Shown in pieces: positions 51,191 through 64,000 of a stretch of 64,000 nt of DNA. The stretch is taken from positions 104,842,001-104,906,000 of the forward strand of contig NC_086107.1 of the NCBI RefSeq assembly GCF_963921235.1. The letters run 5' to 3'. Position numbers and translations under genes: made by a program. Source of the DNA: Mobula hypostoma. Its lineage: Eukaryota. How positions within the stretch are numbered: position 1 is the stretch's first letter; each line of letters starts with the position of its first letter. The notes beneath the pieces are model-generated. The model had not been told where the DNA came from. It did not search any database and was given only the letters and a program-made list of their open reading frames with translations.

Positions 51191-53622
51191 GTACATGGTT
51201 TAAGTAGTAACTGATGGTATCCCAAATTTAAATAAGATAGACTTATGGCAGTTTTTGTTGACCACTGAAATCAAAAGAACATTTTGTTCTTTTGTTTGCT
51301 TGGTTTTATTTTAATCCTAGAAACTTAATTTCTTTAGCTTCTGTAGAAACTTTCATCCTCTGCCCCAAAAAGAAATACAGTGGATTCTGGCTAATTGGGC
51401 CATCAGTTAATCGGGGTGGTCACTTATTTGGGTTAACTCTTAAAGAACAAAAACTAATGGAGAAAATAGCTGGGATTTCCTTTGATTATTTGGGACACTA
51501 TGCCGCCTTATTGGGACAAGAGACTTGCCAAACATTTTCTAACTAGTGTCTGTTGCATGCACTTGTATGGCCATGCGTGGAACAGACAGTTTTTAATAGT
51601 TTCAGTTGTATGTGTTTGTGTTCAAAAAATCAGTGATATTTGCCACTGATCATTGGTAAGAAAAAATTTGAAGGTAAACTGAATTATCAGTTAAGATTTT
51701 TGAATAATCTGTTACTGTCTTCAGATGGAGGCATATAAAACTGAATCTTGGCATGTGACCATGGGTTCAACTTAAAAAAGCATTCTAAAATAAGGATACA
51801 AGGCTAGAGCTGTTTGGGAGGGTTTAAACTAATTTGGCAGTGGGGTGGGAACTGGAGTGATGGTACTGAGGATGAGGTAGTTGCTTTGCGAACAGAGGCA
51901 GTGTATAGTGAGACTGCTAGCAAGAAGAGGCTGATGATGGGGCAGAATTGCAGTCAACAGGATGAGTTGCATTGTAAAAGGCAGACAAAATCAAAAAGGA
52001 TGAATACAGGACTGAAGGTGTTATATTTGAATGTACGCAGTATACAGAAAAAAGTAGATGAATAAGGAAGATTTACAGATTGGTCTGTATGATGTTATGG
52101 GCATCACTGAATCATGGCTGAAAGATTATAGCTGGGTGCTTAACACCCAAGGAACATATTGTATCGAAAGGACAGGCAGGTAGGCAGAGGGGCTGACATA
52201 GCTGTATCGGTAAAAAATTAAATAGTTAGAAAGAGGTAACATAGGGGCAGAATGTGTTGATTTAATGTGCATAGAGCTAAGAGACTGTAAGGCTAAAAAG
52301 ACCCTGATGGGAGTTATATACAGACCCCGCAAAAAGTAGTAAAGATGTAATTTACAAGTTACAGCTGGAGATACAAAACACATGTCAAAAGGGCAGTGTT
52401 TTGGGGAATTTCAATATGGAGGTAGATTGGAAAAATCAGGTTGGTGTTGGATCCCGAGAGGGGGATTCTCTAGAATGCCTATAACATGGTTTTTAGAACA
52501 GCTAGTGGTTGAGCCCACTAGGGATCAGCTATTCTGGATTGGGTGTTGTACAGTGAACTGGAATTGATTAGAGAGGAACACTGGAAAAGTGAACATAATA
52601 TGATAGAATTCACCCTGTAATTTGAGAAGACACTATAGTCAAATGTATCAGTATTACAGTGTAGTAAAGGGAATTACAGAGGCATGAGAGAGGACCTGGC
52701 TAAAATTGATTGGAGAAGGACACTGGCAGGGATGACGACAGAGCAGCAATGGCTAGAATTTCTGGGAGCAACTCAGAAGGTGCAGGATATATACATTCCA
52801 AACAGGAAGAAGTGTTCTGAAGGCAGGATGACACAGCCATAGCTAATGAGAAGTCAAAGCCAACATAAAAGCCAAAGGGAGGGCATATAATAGAGCAAAA
52901 GTTAGTGGGAAGTTTGAAGATTGGGAAGCTTTTTTAAAAAAAAAAGTAACTAAAAAAAGTCATTTTTTTTAAAAATGAAAAGACGGAATAGGAAGGTAAA
53001 CTACCAATAATACTAAAGCAGGTACTAGAAGTTTCTTCAGATATATAAAGTGTAAAAGAGAGGTGAGAGTAGATATTGGACCGCTGGAAAACCTTGCCAG
53101 CTAGGAAGACAAGGAAAAGATGGACAAACTGAGTAAGTATTTTGCATCAGTCTTCACTGTGGAAGTCATTAGCAATATGCCAGAAGTTTGAAGAGTGTCA
53201 GGGCAGAAATGTGTGAAGTTGCCATTAACAGGGAGAAGGTTTGTGGGAAACTGAAAGTTTTGAAGATAGATAAGTCACCTGGACCAAATGGTAGATGCCC
53301 CAAGGTTCTAAAAAAAAAAGTGGCTGAAGAGATTGTAGAGGCATTAGTTATGATCTTTCAAGATTCAATTGATTATGGCATGGTTCTGGAGGAATGGGAA
53401 ACTGCAAATATCACTCCACTCTTCAGGAAGGCCATAGGGGCAGAAGAATGGAAATTACAGGCCAGTTAGTCTGACCTCAGTGGCTGAGAAGATGTTGGAG
53501 TTGATTGTTAAGCATGTGGTAACAGGGTGCTTGGAGGCACATGGTAAAATAGGCCATAGTCCACATGGTTTCCTTAAGGGAAAATCATGCCTAACAAATC
53601 TGGAATTATTTGAGGAAATAAC

Positions 53623-53761
53623 CGTTCAGTTCTGATGAATGGTCTCAGCCCGAAACATCAACTGTTTACTCTTTTCCATAGACACTGCCTGGCCTGTGAG
53701 TTCCTCCAGCGTGTTATGTGTGTTGCTTGGATTTCCAGCATCTGCAGGTTTTCTCTTGTTT
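53623..53761 (+). mobile_element. Penelope terminal-repeat insert (older subfamily) with degenerate hammerhead
   Basis: CAGTT-CTGATGA-ATGGTCTCAGCCC-GAAACATC-AACTG. Interrupts the CR1 RT. Confidence 0.75.
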
Positions 53762-54564
53762 CTGTTTAGACAAAGGAGAATCAGTGGATATTGTGTACTT
53801 GGATTTTCAAGGTGCCATACATGAGGCTGCTTAACAAGTTAAGAGCCCGTGGTACTGTAGGAAAGATTCTAGCATGGATAAAGCATTGGCTTATTGGCAG
53901 GAGGCAAAGAGTGGGAATACAGGGAGCCTTTTTTGTTTGGCTGCTGGTGACTAATGGTGTTCCACACAGATCTTTAGTGGGATCACTACATTTTACGTTA
54001 TATTTCAATGACTTAGGTGACAGAATTAATAGCTTTGTGGCCAAGTTTGCGAGGATAGGTGGAGGGGCAGGTAGTTTTGAGGAAGCAGAGGCTACAGAAG
54101 GACTTAGATTAAGAAAATGGGCAAAGAAGTGGCAGATGGAATACAGTGTCGGGAAGCGTAAGGTCATGGACTTTTGTTGAAGAAATAAAAGGGTAGACTT
54201 CTAAGTGCTGCTGCTACTACTAGTAGTAGTAGTCGTCTAAGTGGAAAGAAAATTCAAAAATCTGAGGTGCAAAGAGACTTGGTCCTCGTGCTGGATTCCT
54301 TAAAGATTAATTTGCAGGTTGAATTGGTGATGAGAAAGGCAAATGAAATGTTAGCATTCATTTAGATCGGACTGGAATATAAAAAGGCTTGTCATATGAT
54401 GAGCGTTTCATGGTTTGGGCCTCAAAAGAGTGAGGGGTGAACCCTATTGAAACCTATTAACTGTTGAAAGTCCTTGATGGAGTGAATGTGGAGAGGATGT
54501 TTCCTATGGTGGGGCAGTCAAGACCAGAGGACACAACCTCAGAATAGTGGGGCATCCTTTTAAA

Positions 54565-54950
54565 TTAGAATCAAGTTTAATATCACCAGCATATGTTGTG
54601 AAATTTGTTAACTTAGCAGAAGCATTACGATGCAATACATGATAATGTAGGGGGGAAAATAAGTAAATCATTTACAGTAAGTATATATGTATATAATTAG
54701 TTAAATTAAAAACAGTGCAAAAACAGAAATGATATGTAAGCAAAAAAAGGTAGTGTTCTTGGGTTCAATGTCCAGTTAGGAATCAGATGGCAGAGGGAAA
54801 GAAGCTGTTCCTGAATCGCTGAGAATGTGCCTACAGGCTTCTGTGCATCCTCCCTGTTGGTAATAATGAGAAGAGGGCATGTTCTGGTTGATGGAGGTCC
54901 TTAAGGAAGGACACCACCTTTCTGAGACACCACTCCTTGAAGATGTTTTT
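54565..54950 (-). mobile_element. Rex1-type LINE 3' end nested in CR1
   Basis: aatcaagtttaatatcaccagcatatgttgtgaaatttgtt closely matches the end of the element at 45428. Confidence 0.65.
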
Positions 54951-55290
54951 GACATTTCAGCGGAGATGAGGAATTTCTTTAGTCAGAGAGTGGTGAATAT
55001 GTGTAATTCATTGCCACAGACGGCTGTGGAGGCTAAGTCATTGGATATATTTAAAGCAGAAGCTGATAGATTCTTCATTAGTCAGGCCATGAAAGGATAC
55101 AAGGAGAAGACAGGAGATTGGGTAAAGAGGAAAATTGGATAAACCATGATGAAGTGGCAGAGCAGACTCAATGGGTCAATTGGCTTAATTTTGTTATTGG
55201 ATTGTGGTCTTATGGTCTTATAATGCATTTACAGTATGCTGCCATGAAAAATAAAATTTAATACTGTATATGTGACCTCTTATTTGTTAG

Positions 55291-55365
55291 GTCCAGCATC
55301 ACTATCATCATTACCCTTTCACCTACATCCTGTTGCCTCTACAGCACTCAGTCCAACACACAATG
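55291..55365 (+). CDS. RBFOX2: Probable divergent cassette exon, 75 nt, phase 1-1 (GPASLSSLPFHLHPVASTALSPTHN)
   Basis: tgacctcttatttgttag acceptor and strong AATG|gtaaga donor. Stop-free in the required frame, symmetric phase, at the position of the variable linker exon of RBFOX1/2. No recognisable peptide homology. Confidence 0.65.
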
Positions 55366-57597
55366 GTAAGACCAATTAAAAGCATTCTATTTAAATTAAC
55401 TATACTGTATTTTAAAGAATGAACATCTGGCTTCCAAGCCATAATGTGTCTCCGTATATCTCTTATTAAAACATCTACTATTAGAGTTTGCCATATCCAA
55501 CTAAATTTGATGACTTATGATCTCTACTATTCCTTCCAGTTTCATGCTCTACTTTTCAATTTTTCACCAATTCCCCTCCCTGTCCTCTTACCCAAGCTCA
55601 GTTTAAGCTTCACCAAGAGGAATTTGATGGCTTTGGTTTGGAAAATCACGTTCCTTCAGATTTATGGATATGAGATGCTTGTACCTTATCTTGTATTGCA
55701 TTTGTTTTGAATTATAGAATAAGATGATGTGTAGAGTACTCTTGATACTCATTCCTCCCATATTAGCAACAAACGGCAAATGAAACCATTATTCTGAGCA
55801 TTCTAAAGGTGACCAGCTGGTCAATTCAAAGAACCCATCCTAATTTGTCATGAGATATTTTCTATGTGCCCTCACCCATACCTAATCCAATCTTATTCCT
55901 CCTTTTGTTAATAATTTGATAAAAGCTTAGAGCCAGAGAAAATGACTATGGGTTAACTTCAACCCCAAAGGTGATCAAACCTGGAAGCTTTGAATATGGC
56001 TATGAAATTAGGAGATTGCCCAGTCAAACATGATTTAGATGTTTGCTATGCATTCACTCACTGCACGTATTGGCAGCTTGCCCAGAATTGAGGGTTAAAA
56101 AAAAATATTCTTTTGACATCTAACTTTTTCTGTACCTCACAACGTGTGCAGTCTGGCACATGCCTATCCGTTCTATTACCTATCCAGCATCCTCCTCAGT
56201 GAAATTACTCTTACGTCATTGCATTCTAATTCAATTATAGCCAAAAAAAAAAGAGAGATTTCTAGGCACAAGGGGTAAGTGTATTTTTGTAAAGGAATAT
56301 CTGCCTCAATTGTATTGAATGGCAAAACAGACACGAACTGTCAGATAGCATACTTCTGCTCTGCCCATGTTTCTGTTGCCTGAAGAGGCTTCTGTTCCCA
56401 TGTCTGTAGGGTCACCAAAGCACCTGCCTTTGGCCCATTCCTATTTGTAATCTGAGTCATTCCCCTCAGCAATATAGTCTGAAAATGTGCTGTCAATCAT
56501 CATATGCATGCTATTACCATCCACCTCTGCATTAGCACTGCTTGTTCTAACCACTCCACTCTAGTTAAATTGTCAAGTTACTTGTCATGCAGCAATAGGA
56601 AGAAACTTTTCAGGTTTAATATTGAGAAAAAGACATCATTTCAGTCCTATCATAATATTCAGATCCTAGACATTGATTCTAGTACTCATCATAGCAGCTA
56701 TCTGAAACTATCAAAGTTATGTATAATCTTCATAACATATTTAAGAAATGAGCTTCAGATCATATTTGGAACTTGGACTGTAACTCTCTTTTTCTATCTC
56801 TTTATGACTCTGCTTCACTCAGCTGCTGAAATTTTCATCAACCCTGACATTAATCACTTCTGTTAGTGATCATCTACAGCTCTGCTATCCATCTTTAAAC
56901 TTGGGATCAATTAAATGATACTTAATCTTTTCCAGCTTGCTTATTATCTACATCAATCTATACCCTGAGATGATCTAAGATTGACAGGCTGTTCAACATG
57001 AGTTCTAATTAGGCTCTGTTTGTCTTTTTAAATCACTTTAAGAAATATATTAGCATTATGTTTTCTTTTGTAGTAACCACACAGTGCTGTTTGCAGACCT
57101 TCAATGACTCATAAACCAGAACCCCTAGTTTGCTCACGTCCAGCAACCTTGAACACACATGGTATTATCAATGTTGCACACGAAGTAGATGTCTGAGCAA
57201 AGTATTCTTTCATACTAGGGGCCATGATTGGATTAGGACCAGGGTCCTACTGCTTCAATTGCAATGTCTAATGTCTACATCACTTAGTCTCACTTTTTAA
57301 TTCAGAAACAATTAATTTTGTGTTTGTGAATAATTATTTTTACAATTTTGGGTGTATTTCAGAGGCAATGTTACTATATTACATATTTATAGAAGTATTT
57401 TGTAGTGGCCTTGTGTTAATTTTACATTGTTTTCGGTGATGCTTGTATGTATCACGTTACAATTGTTGAAGTGGTCTTTAATCGATATGTCAAAGCCACT
57501 GTTGATGCTGCTTAAACAGATATTTTGAACTAATACAGTATTTGATGACAGTTTTTGGCAGTGACCTGTTTCTCTCCTCCATTCTGTACTTCTTCAG

Positions 57598-57727
57598 TTC
57601 CTGGTTTCCCATATCAAGCAGCTACTACTGCAGCTGCACTGAGAGGTGCCCTGAGAGGACGAGGTCGTGCGGTCTATAGCGCATTCCGTGCAGCAGCACC
57701 TCCTGCTGCCATCCCAGCTTATGGAGG
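57598..57727 (+). CDS. RBFOX2: RBFOX2-like coding exon, 130 nt, phase 1-2 ([44 protein letters not shown])
   Basis: Long pyrimidine tract ending cttcag, donor GG|gtaagc. Fox-1 C-terminal motifs PGFPY and LRGRGR are present. Confidence 0.95.
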
Positions 57728-58089
57728 GTAAGCAAATGTGTCTGGAATTGAATTAGCAATCTTTGTGCGTGAAGATTTGACGGATAATTATCACTATCTA
57801 ATATCATTACTCTCTTTGCATTCTGCATTCAGTTACTGTCTTTTTTTTAATAGTGTGCTTAGTGTCATAACACACTGTATTGCTAATTGGATGACCTCTG
57901 ATTGACCCCTTTCCTCAATCCTCACACTGAAAGCAAAAAAAAATCTTTGCTAAGTGATTTGCTGTATCTAATATGGGAGTTTTTATGTGGAACATCGTGG
58001 GTTCTCTGCAAAATTCATGGTTTAGAGATCATTCCAATGTACCACATACCTAATTGTCTGTTGCACACAACAATGTTCTGTTCGCTGTC

Positions 58090-58470
58090 TTGGTAAAACA
58101 GCCAACATAATCAAAGCCCACCCACCCTGGATTTCTCTTTTCTCCTCTCTCCCATTGGGCAAAAGATCCAAAAGCTTGAAAGCACTTACCACCAAGCCCA
58201 AGGACAGCCACTATTCCCTGACTATTGAATAGTTCCCTGGTATAAAAGGATGGGTTGTTGACCTCACTATCTAACTTATCATGATCTTGCATATTATTTG
58301 CTTCCTGCATTGCACTTTCTCCGCAATTTTTACACATTATTCTGCATTATTAGTATTTTAGCTTGTTCTATCTCAGTACAATGTGTAATGAATTGATCGG
58401 TATGAACAGCATGCAAGACAAGCTTTTCACTGTATTGCAGTACACATCACAATAAACCAATTCCAATTGT
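58090..58470 (+). mobile_element. Rex1-type LINE 3' end
   Basis: Similar to 4280-4430 (ataatcaa...cacccacc). Ends caataaaccaattccaat. Confidence 0.55.
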
Positions 58471-61442
58471 TCTTCTATGTCCATCAAATCAACAACAGTT
58501 TTTATTACATTAAGCTACATGTAATATCTTCAGATAACTTCATAGATTGTGCTATAAAATTTGTTTGTGGTCTATTGGTATGCCTTTTGATTAAGTAATT
58601 AAATGGATATTTAATAGGGTATTGTTCAGAATATCTAAAGAGTGGACTTAAACAAATTAGGTTTGAATTGAGCAATTGTAAGATACAAATTCAAGTTTAT
58701 ACTGAAATAGATGTTAAAATAAATCATGTTTTGAAATTTTAGACTTAGTCTTAATTTTAAATTGCGAACATTGCTTTCTCTTTTTAATACCTCCTCTTTT
58801 CATAAGTTGCCTGAACAGTCTGTTTGGACAATAAAATACATCTATTGGAACGTTAAAATAGATCGCTTATTCCTAAATTCTCCTTTTCCATTGAGATTAA
58901 GAACTATATATTTTACCTGATCTGCTCACCATGAAACTCTTTTGTCCATTAATTACTCCTTACAACCTGTTATCAATTCTCTGTGTATACACAGAAATAA
59001 TTGTTATCCTGGTGTTTACTCATTGGAGTGACAGTTCCCCATTTTTTTTTGCTTAGAAGCTTACAGTGACTGACTTTCCTATGAGAGTGTCTCTCATTGG
59101 CAATATCAGTTGTTTTCTTAGAGGTGAATCCTTGCTCACTAATCAGGTGTGTTATGTTAGAGTTCCAACATGTCACTGATTTTTGTTCAGTTAAGCATTC
59201 TATTTTTGATTTATCAAACATAGTGTTCAAGTCTAATACAACATTTTGTATTCTTAACTGAATAGAGAATGCATGCTTAATCATAGTCATTGCAGCATAT
59301 GCTTCCAATTTCACTCTTTAAGCAATAAAGAAATAAGTGTGATATTTTTGTTACATTTTTCATTTTCTCTATACAGTCCATGGTCCTTTGATTCATTTTT
59401 TTAGGCTAAATTGAACATGATTATATAAGTTTATAAATAGAGGAAGATGTTGATCCCTCTCTCAAATATCATAGTTATACAATTGTTTTGACATTTATAT
59501 TGAATATAGAGGTTATCAATGCAGCTTTTTGTGACTTTCATACAATACTTGTTGACCATGTTGTTAGTTTCTTTCTGACCTCTTTCCACTGTGAGCCACA
59601 TATCAGCCACACAAGTTCAAGTGTGTGGAATTTGACCCCTATCATCTCTGTTTATGAAGCCAATTCTTTTCACTAGTTCTCCAATATCTTGAGCTATGGC
59701 AAATGCTTGCCATTCAATTGGTTTACATTCTTGTTAGTAAATAGAACAATAAGTTCATCCTAGATATTGCCACATAACACTTGTGCATAGGTCTTGTGTT
59801 TCTTTCCGTGCATGGTTTCAAAAACTCAAGCATGCTGGGTGCAATAAATGATTGGTGTATTGTTAAATAGTGTGTAACCGATTACTTCAAATCACCTCAA
59901 GTAGGTGATGCCGCCCTGTCAATAAATGTAAAGGAATGGAGAGAAAAGGTATTTAGAAAAAATTGGCAGTAGAGGTCCTTGATCTGCTACAGAAGGATTT
60001 TCTAATTTTCTGTCGATCAAATAACTTCAACAGCACTGTCTCTGGAAAAAAATATTTAACAGAAGCATGTTTTAACATAATATGGACTTAAGAATCCTTA
60101 AAGCATGTGGATAATTTTTGTTGGCTAACATTGTCACTGATGGCTGAGAAGGAAGGTTTTTCTCAAGTGAAACAGGAGCTTAGGTATATTGGATTTTTAA
60201 ATTGCAAAATACTTAATACTGGGCTAGAGAAATTCTGAAATCATTGAAGTGCATACTTCCAAATCATGTGCATTGTATATTAAAATGCTTAATGAATAAA
60301 TGATTTGCCAGAAGTGGTTTTAAGAACTCTTGATTCAAATCACACTCACCAGAACTAGCGTGCATTTCTGAAATTTTCAGTTCATTTTTAAGGCATATAC
60401 TGCAAGAGTTTGCAGTGTTACTGTACAGCAGTGTGAATATCTTCAGTTAGGTGCATCCCACAATGTAACTAATACCAGCCTATTTTACTATAAATATGTG
60501 GGTCTTATTAACCCATTGGTGGAATAAGCCTGCATTGGACTAGACAAAAGGAATCCGGGTCCCTGTGTTGATAAAGGAACATTAGCAGATTTGCAGCCTC
60601 TCAGACTTTTTCTGTCAATCAATGCCTAATTTTAACTTCAGCCACACCTTTCCTGCTTTAATTCCATATCCTTTGATATTCTTAACACATTTTTCATATA
60701 AACGTATCTCAAACTTACAATTTTCCTTTGAACCAGTATCCATCCACAATATTTTGAAGTGAAATTACTTTTGTGTTTTCACTGCTGATGCTATAGAAGA
60801 TGTGATTCCTGGTTGACTTTTAAATAACCCAGCCCTAATTTTTGAAAGAATTCTGAAAGTAATTACTCCAGCTAAAGTACTGAATTCTATCATTTTAGTT
60901 TCTTTGGTTAATCTCACTTAATTTTCTACATCAAGCAAATAAATGCGTAATTTATTGTTCTTAATTTAACACATAAGCTGCCAGTATCATTCTGGTAAAT
61001 CTGAGCTGCACCCTTTTGAAGGCTAAAGTGACTGAGATGTAATGCTAAGAATTGAATGCAGTCCTCCAGATTGAAACTGACCAATGTTCCTTACAATTGA
61101 TGCATTGCTTTTTCATTGGGTATCCCAGTCCTCTTGAAGTAAAAGCCAACATTCTGTTAGCCCTTTGATTACATTTTGTAGATCTCTTTTAGTAACAGAT
61201 GCAACCTGCAAATGAGAAGGATAAGCAGAACATGTCAAGAAAATCAAAAGCTGAGTTAGTAGAATTTCCCTTTAAATTTCTGTGTTCATGTAGTGTAGAG
61301 TTGAATGCTAATTAGATGGCTCACCTAACTGAAGAGCTCTGATACTGCCAAGTTATGTACTGTAAACCTGTAGCCCAGCCCTATTGATAGACAATCAGGT
61401 GCTTAAAAATAGCAGTTCCAAATTAGTGGCTCCAAAATGGCA

Positions 61443-61606
61443 GCATGATTGTAAATACATTTCAGGGGTAGCGTAATTTGAAAGGTATACCTTGCATGTT
61501 TAGAAGGAAAGAAAATTCCTAATGAAGTGTTCAAAGATTTTTGATGGGTATTTGATCTTGCCATGGAGTTCTTGTGACAAACCTTACCTGCATTAGCCCC
61601 TGCATG
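61443..61606 (+). promoter_or_regulatory. RBFOX elements upstream of B40
   Basis: GCATG 61443-61447, TGCATG 61493-61498 and TGCATG 61601-61606, all within ~210 nt of the B40 acceptor. Confidence 0.65.
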
Positions 61607-61650
61607 TTGAAATTGCAGTAATGAGAGTGTTTCTGTGTGCATCTCTGCAG

Positions 61651-61690
61651 TGTGGTTTACCAAGATGGATTTTATGGTGCCGATCTCTAT
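61651..61690 (+). CDS. RBFOX2: B40 mutually exclusive exon (brain/non-muscle type), 40 nt (VVYQDGFYGADLY)
   Basis: ctctgcag|TGTG...CTAT|gtaagt, exactly 40 nt. ADLY is RBFOX2-type (RBFOX1 ADIY, RBFOX3 AEIY). Confidence 0.95.
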
Positions 61691-62470
61691 GTAAGTATAA
61701 ATATTATTTTACACTGTCACCCTTCTGCTGATGAAGCCATTCTTTAAATCAGTATGCTATTACTTCCTCCAGCTATGTATACTTTTCCATATCTGGAAGG
61801 GGTGTTAATTTCAGAGTTTACTGAACCTTAACCCTAGTTATGTAAACTTGAAGGTAGTTGCCTCAGTTTTATACCCTGTTTGAGTTTCATCAACTGAAAA
61901 ATTGTGATCCTTTTCTAATTACAATGTACAGTATTCTGAAACCTGGAAGCATTGCGCTCTGAAAGAATCAGTTTCTTTTGAAATATATTGACAGCATTAC
62001 TTTTCCATTGAGTAAGGATGACCTTTGCTGCACTGGTTCTGATACTGCACCTAGTTTGTAAGTAAGATCTTGAGAAACAAATTTTTAAAGTTCACAGAAT
62101 TGCTCTCAATTCTCTGCCCTTTTCATTTTTACAGTTAATTGTGTTGGAATTAATTGGAAAAAATATTATTCTGTCAAGAATGTATTTGACTTTGAAATCA
62201 AATCCCTCATCTTTTGATCTATAAATAGTAGAGATGGCAGTTGGCAAAAGAAATGTTGTGACAGGTGCTCAGAGTAAATTTAACAAATGTTCAACCTTTT
62301 CAATATAGTCATTGTGCAGCCTGTGACCGCCTCTTGTTTATCAATTAGGTTTAACAGTGTAAACCATCCTCCACATAGAATGGCTTTATCCAAGGAGGGT
62401 CTCTCTCATTTTGGTTGCTTTTTTTTAATCTAGCCTCGTCGCCAATGTTCTTCCCTGTGTTTTATTATAG

Positions 62471-62513
62471 AATAGTATATCAGGAACCAGTGTATAGCAG
62501 TAAGTTACCGCAG
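62471..62513 (+). CDS. RBFOX2: M43 mutually exclusive exon (muscle type), 43 nt (IVYQEPVYSSKLPQ)
   Basis: ttttattatag|AATAG...GCAG|gtatga, exactly 43 nt, same phases as B40. The peptide resembles RBFOX1 M43 (VVYQEPVYGNKLLQ). Confidence 0.9.
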
Positions 62514-62572
62514 GTATGATAGAAATGTGTGAAGAGACCAATCGCACAGATTGTGGATTGCAGTGAAAATCC

Positions 62573-62579
62573 TACTAAC
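62573..62579 (+). promoter_or_regulatory. Candidate QKI (STAR protein) element downstream of M43
   Basis: TACTAAC (contains ACUAAY) 60 nt 3' of the muscle-type exon. Confidence 0.45.
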
Positions 62580-64000
62580 AGCAAAGACTGCAGTTAGGGA
62601 TGGGAGCAGGCACCATGGAGATAAAGCATTCTTGCAGAGTTCTCTGATTTCATCAAGAGCTTAACACAATTGTAAACCAAAAAAATCTCCCCTGCTAATG
62701 AATATAATTGGTAGGTTTATAACGTGGGTTGTGTCGATTACCAACTCAATGCATTTAATTTTGAATCATTAAAGTGCTGAAGGAAGTGTGTTATTCTCAG
62801 TTGGATTAAAGGTTAATGCAACACTAAGGCTTCATTCTAGAGAAAAGTTTCCCCTCCTACTTAGGTGGAATGGAGATCTGGCTTACTCAAGGTGAGAGAA
62901 GAGTTTTCCAATGTGGCACTTGAGTAGATTACCTTATATAGTTAGTGTGAGTGGATTTTACTTATTTATATCTTATTGGAAAAAAAATTTCGTATTTCCC
63001 ATTCCATGGGGAAAAAAATATAAACCGGAAGTTTTCTTACAGATTTGTGGAAACCTTGCAACAGGGACATATAAGCATGACCTAGTGTGACACTGTTTTC
63101 TACCTTTTTCTCTTCTGTTTCATCTAAACTAAACCTGATGCAGATATGATGGGTTTTTAAATATATACTTTACTGCCCAAAAACCTATTTCATTGGAGTG
63201 CTGAAAGACTGGAATATCAGGGTCTCAGCCTGTCTCTGAAAGTAGGTAGTTATAACAGTGTTGTTTACACTTAGGCTTGGAAAAAATCTTTGAGGACACA
63301 TGTCTGTAATAAGAGAGATGAATGAGGTAATAAAACTTCTCCTTTGAAAAGAGTGGAAGCAATATCATTGGGAAATGCGAAACCAGCCTGCAGTACATTA
63401 ATCATGCAAGAAAGTGAAGATAAAACCTAATGGGATCCAAGCATTGAATTCCAATGAACCAAGTCACTTTTATTCACTGAAGTACATTGTGGCGTAAACA
63501 CCATCATACTTTTCCATTAATTCATTTCTCACTGCATTTGGGCAAGGTCTCAATTGAGTGCCTAACTTTAAATATTTAGGAATTTCTTGGTCATAAATAT
63601 TTAAATGCAGTCCAGGTAGAATTATTGTCTTCTGATCACTTTTCACATGCAGTCCATACAAGGAGTGTTCAAGGACACAGTTTCTTTTTCCATGGACATA
63701 CAATTACTGAATGTGTTCACCAAATTTTTGGTAAAATTCAGAATAAAATAAAAAAACTGAATTTGATTTATTGATGTAGAACAATGGCCCTTATAATACA
63801 GACAGAACAGAATTTCTATATATTCTATCAAAAACATCCATTAATTCTGCTGTATTTGTTTTGGAAGTGAATACATGGAGCAGTACATCCTGTTGACTCC
63901 ATATCTATCACTAGTGCCATTCTGTGCATAATATGAGAAAAGTGTGTTTTTAGAGTCAGGTCATACAGCACAAAAACAGACCCTTTGCCCAAGACGTCAG

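Larger units (their letters stand above)
51800..55220 (+). mobile_element. CR1-type LINE, long decayed ORF2 with nested inserts
   Basis: GLKVLYLNVRSI (APE start), KSPGPNG, WLIGRRQRVGI, NFFSQRVVN. Tail gtggtcttatggtctta at ~55204-55220. Confidence 0.88.

Noticed and set aside
54211-54233. Palindromic CTACTACTAGTAGTAG tract
   Set aside because: Short microsatellite inversion inside a dead CR1 with no sign of function.
62514-64000. Next RBFOX exons (short frameshifting cassette, GGYAAYRY exon)
   Set aside because: Acceptor-like tracts exist (near 63042 and 63143), but no matching peptide or convincing donor. They are presumably beyond the window.

Overview
Eukaryotic (vertebrate) genomic DNA, AT-rich and repeat-dense. 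The repeat families suggest a cartilaginous fish (inference). The whole window lies inside one + strand gene of the RBFOX/Fox-1 splicing-factor family, best matching RBFOX2. The start and stop codons lie outside the window. Exons read directly from GT-AG boundaries: 5325-5468, 12533-12586, 21579-21671 (the autoregulated 93-nt RRM exon), 29497-29557, 49285-49338, a divergent 75-nt cassette at 55291-55365, 57598-57727, and the mutually exclusive B40 (61651-61690) and M43 (62471-62513). Spliced peptide: [135 protein letters not shown][GPASLSSLPFHLHPVASTALSPTHN][44 protein letters not shown]-(VVYQDGFYGADLY | IVYQEPVYSSKLPQ). The introns hold decayed CR1, Rex1-type, RTE, L1-type and Penelope-like retroelements plus Tc1, Tigger/pogo, Harbinger-like and hAT-like DNA elements, often nested. 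Most notable: (i) a family of short Penelope-derived inserts carrying minimal hammerhead-ribozyme motifs, two with perfect 15-bp target-site duplications, one of them a 68-bp fold-back hairpin; (ii) candidate stop-containing (poison) exons and RNA structures in the repeat-poor zone around the 93-nt exon; (iii) a ~520-bp-arm palindromic Tc1 derivative. There is a 159-nt N gap at 27392-27550.
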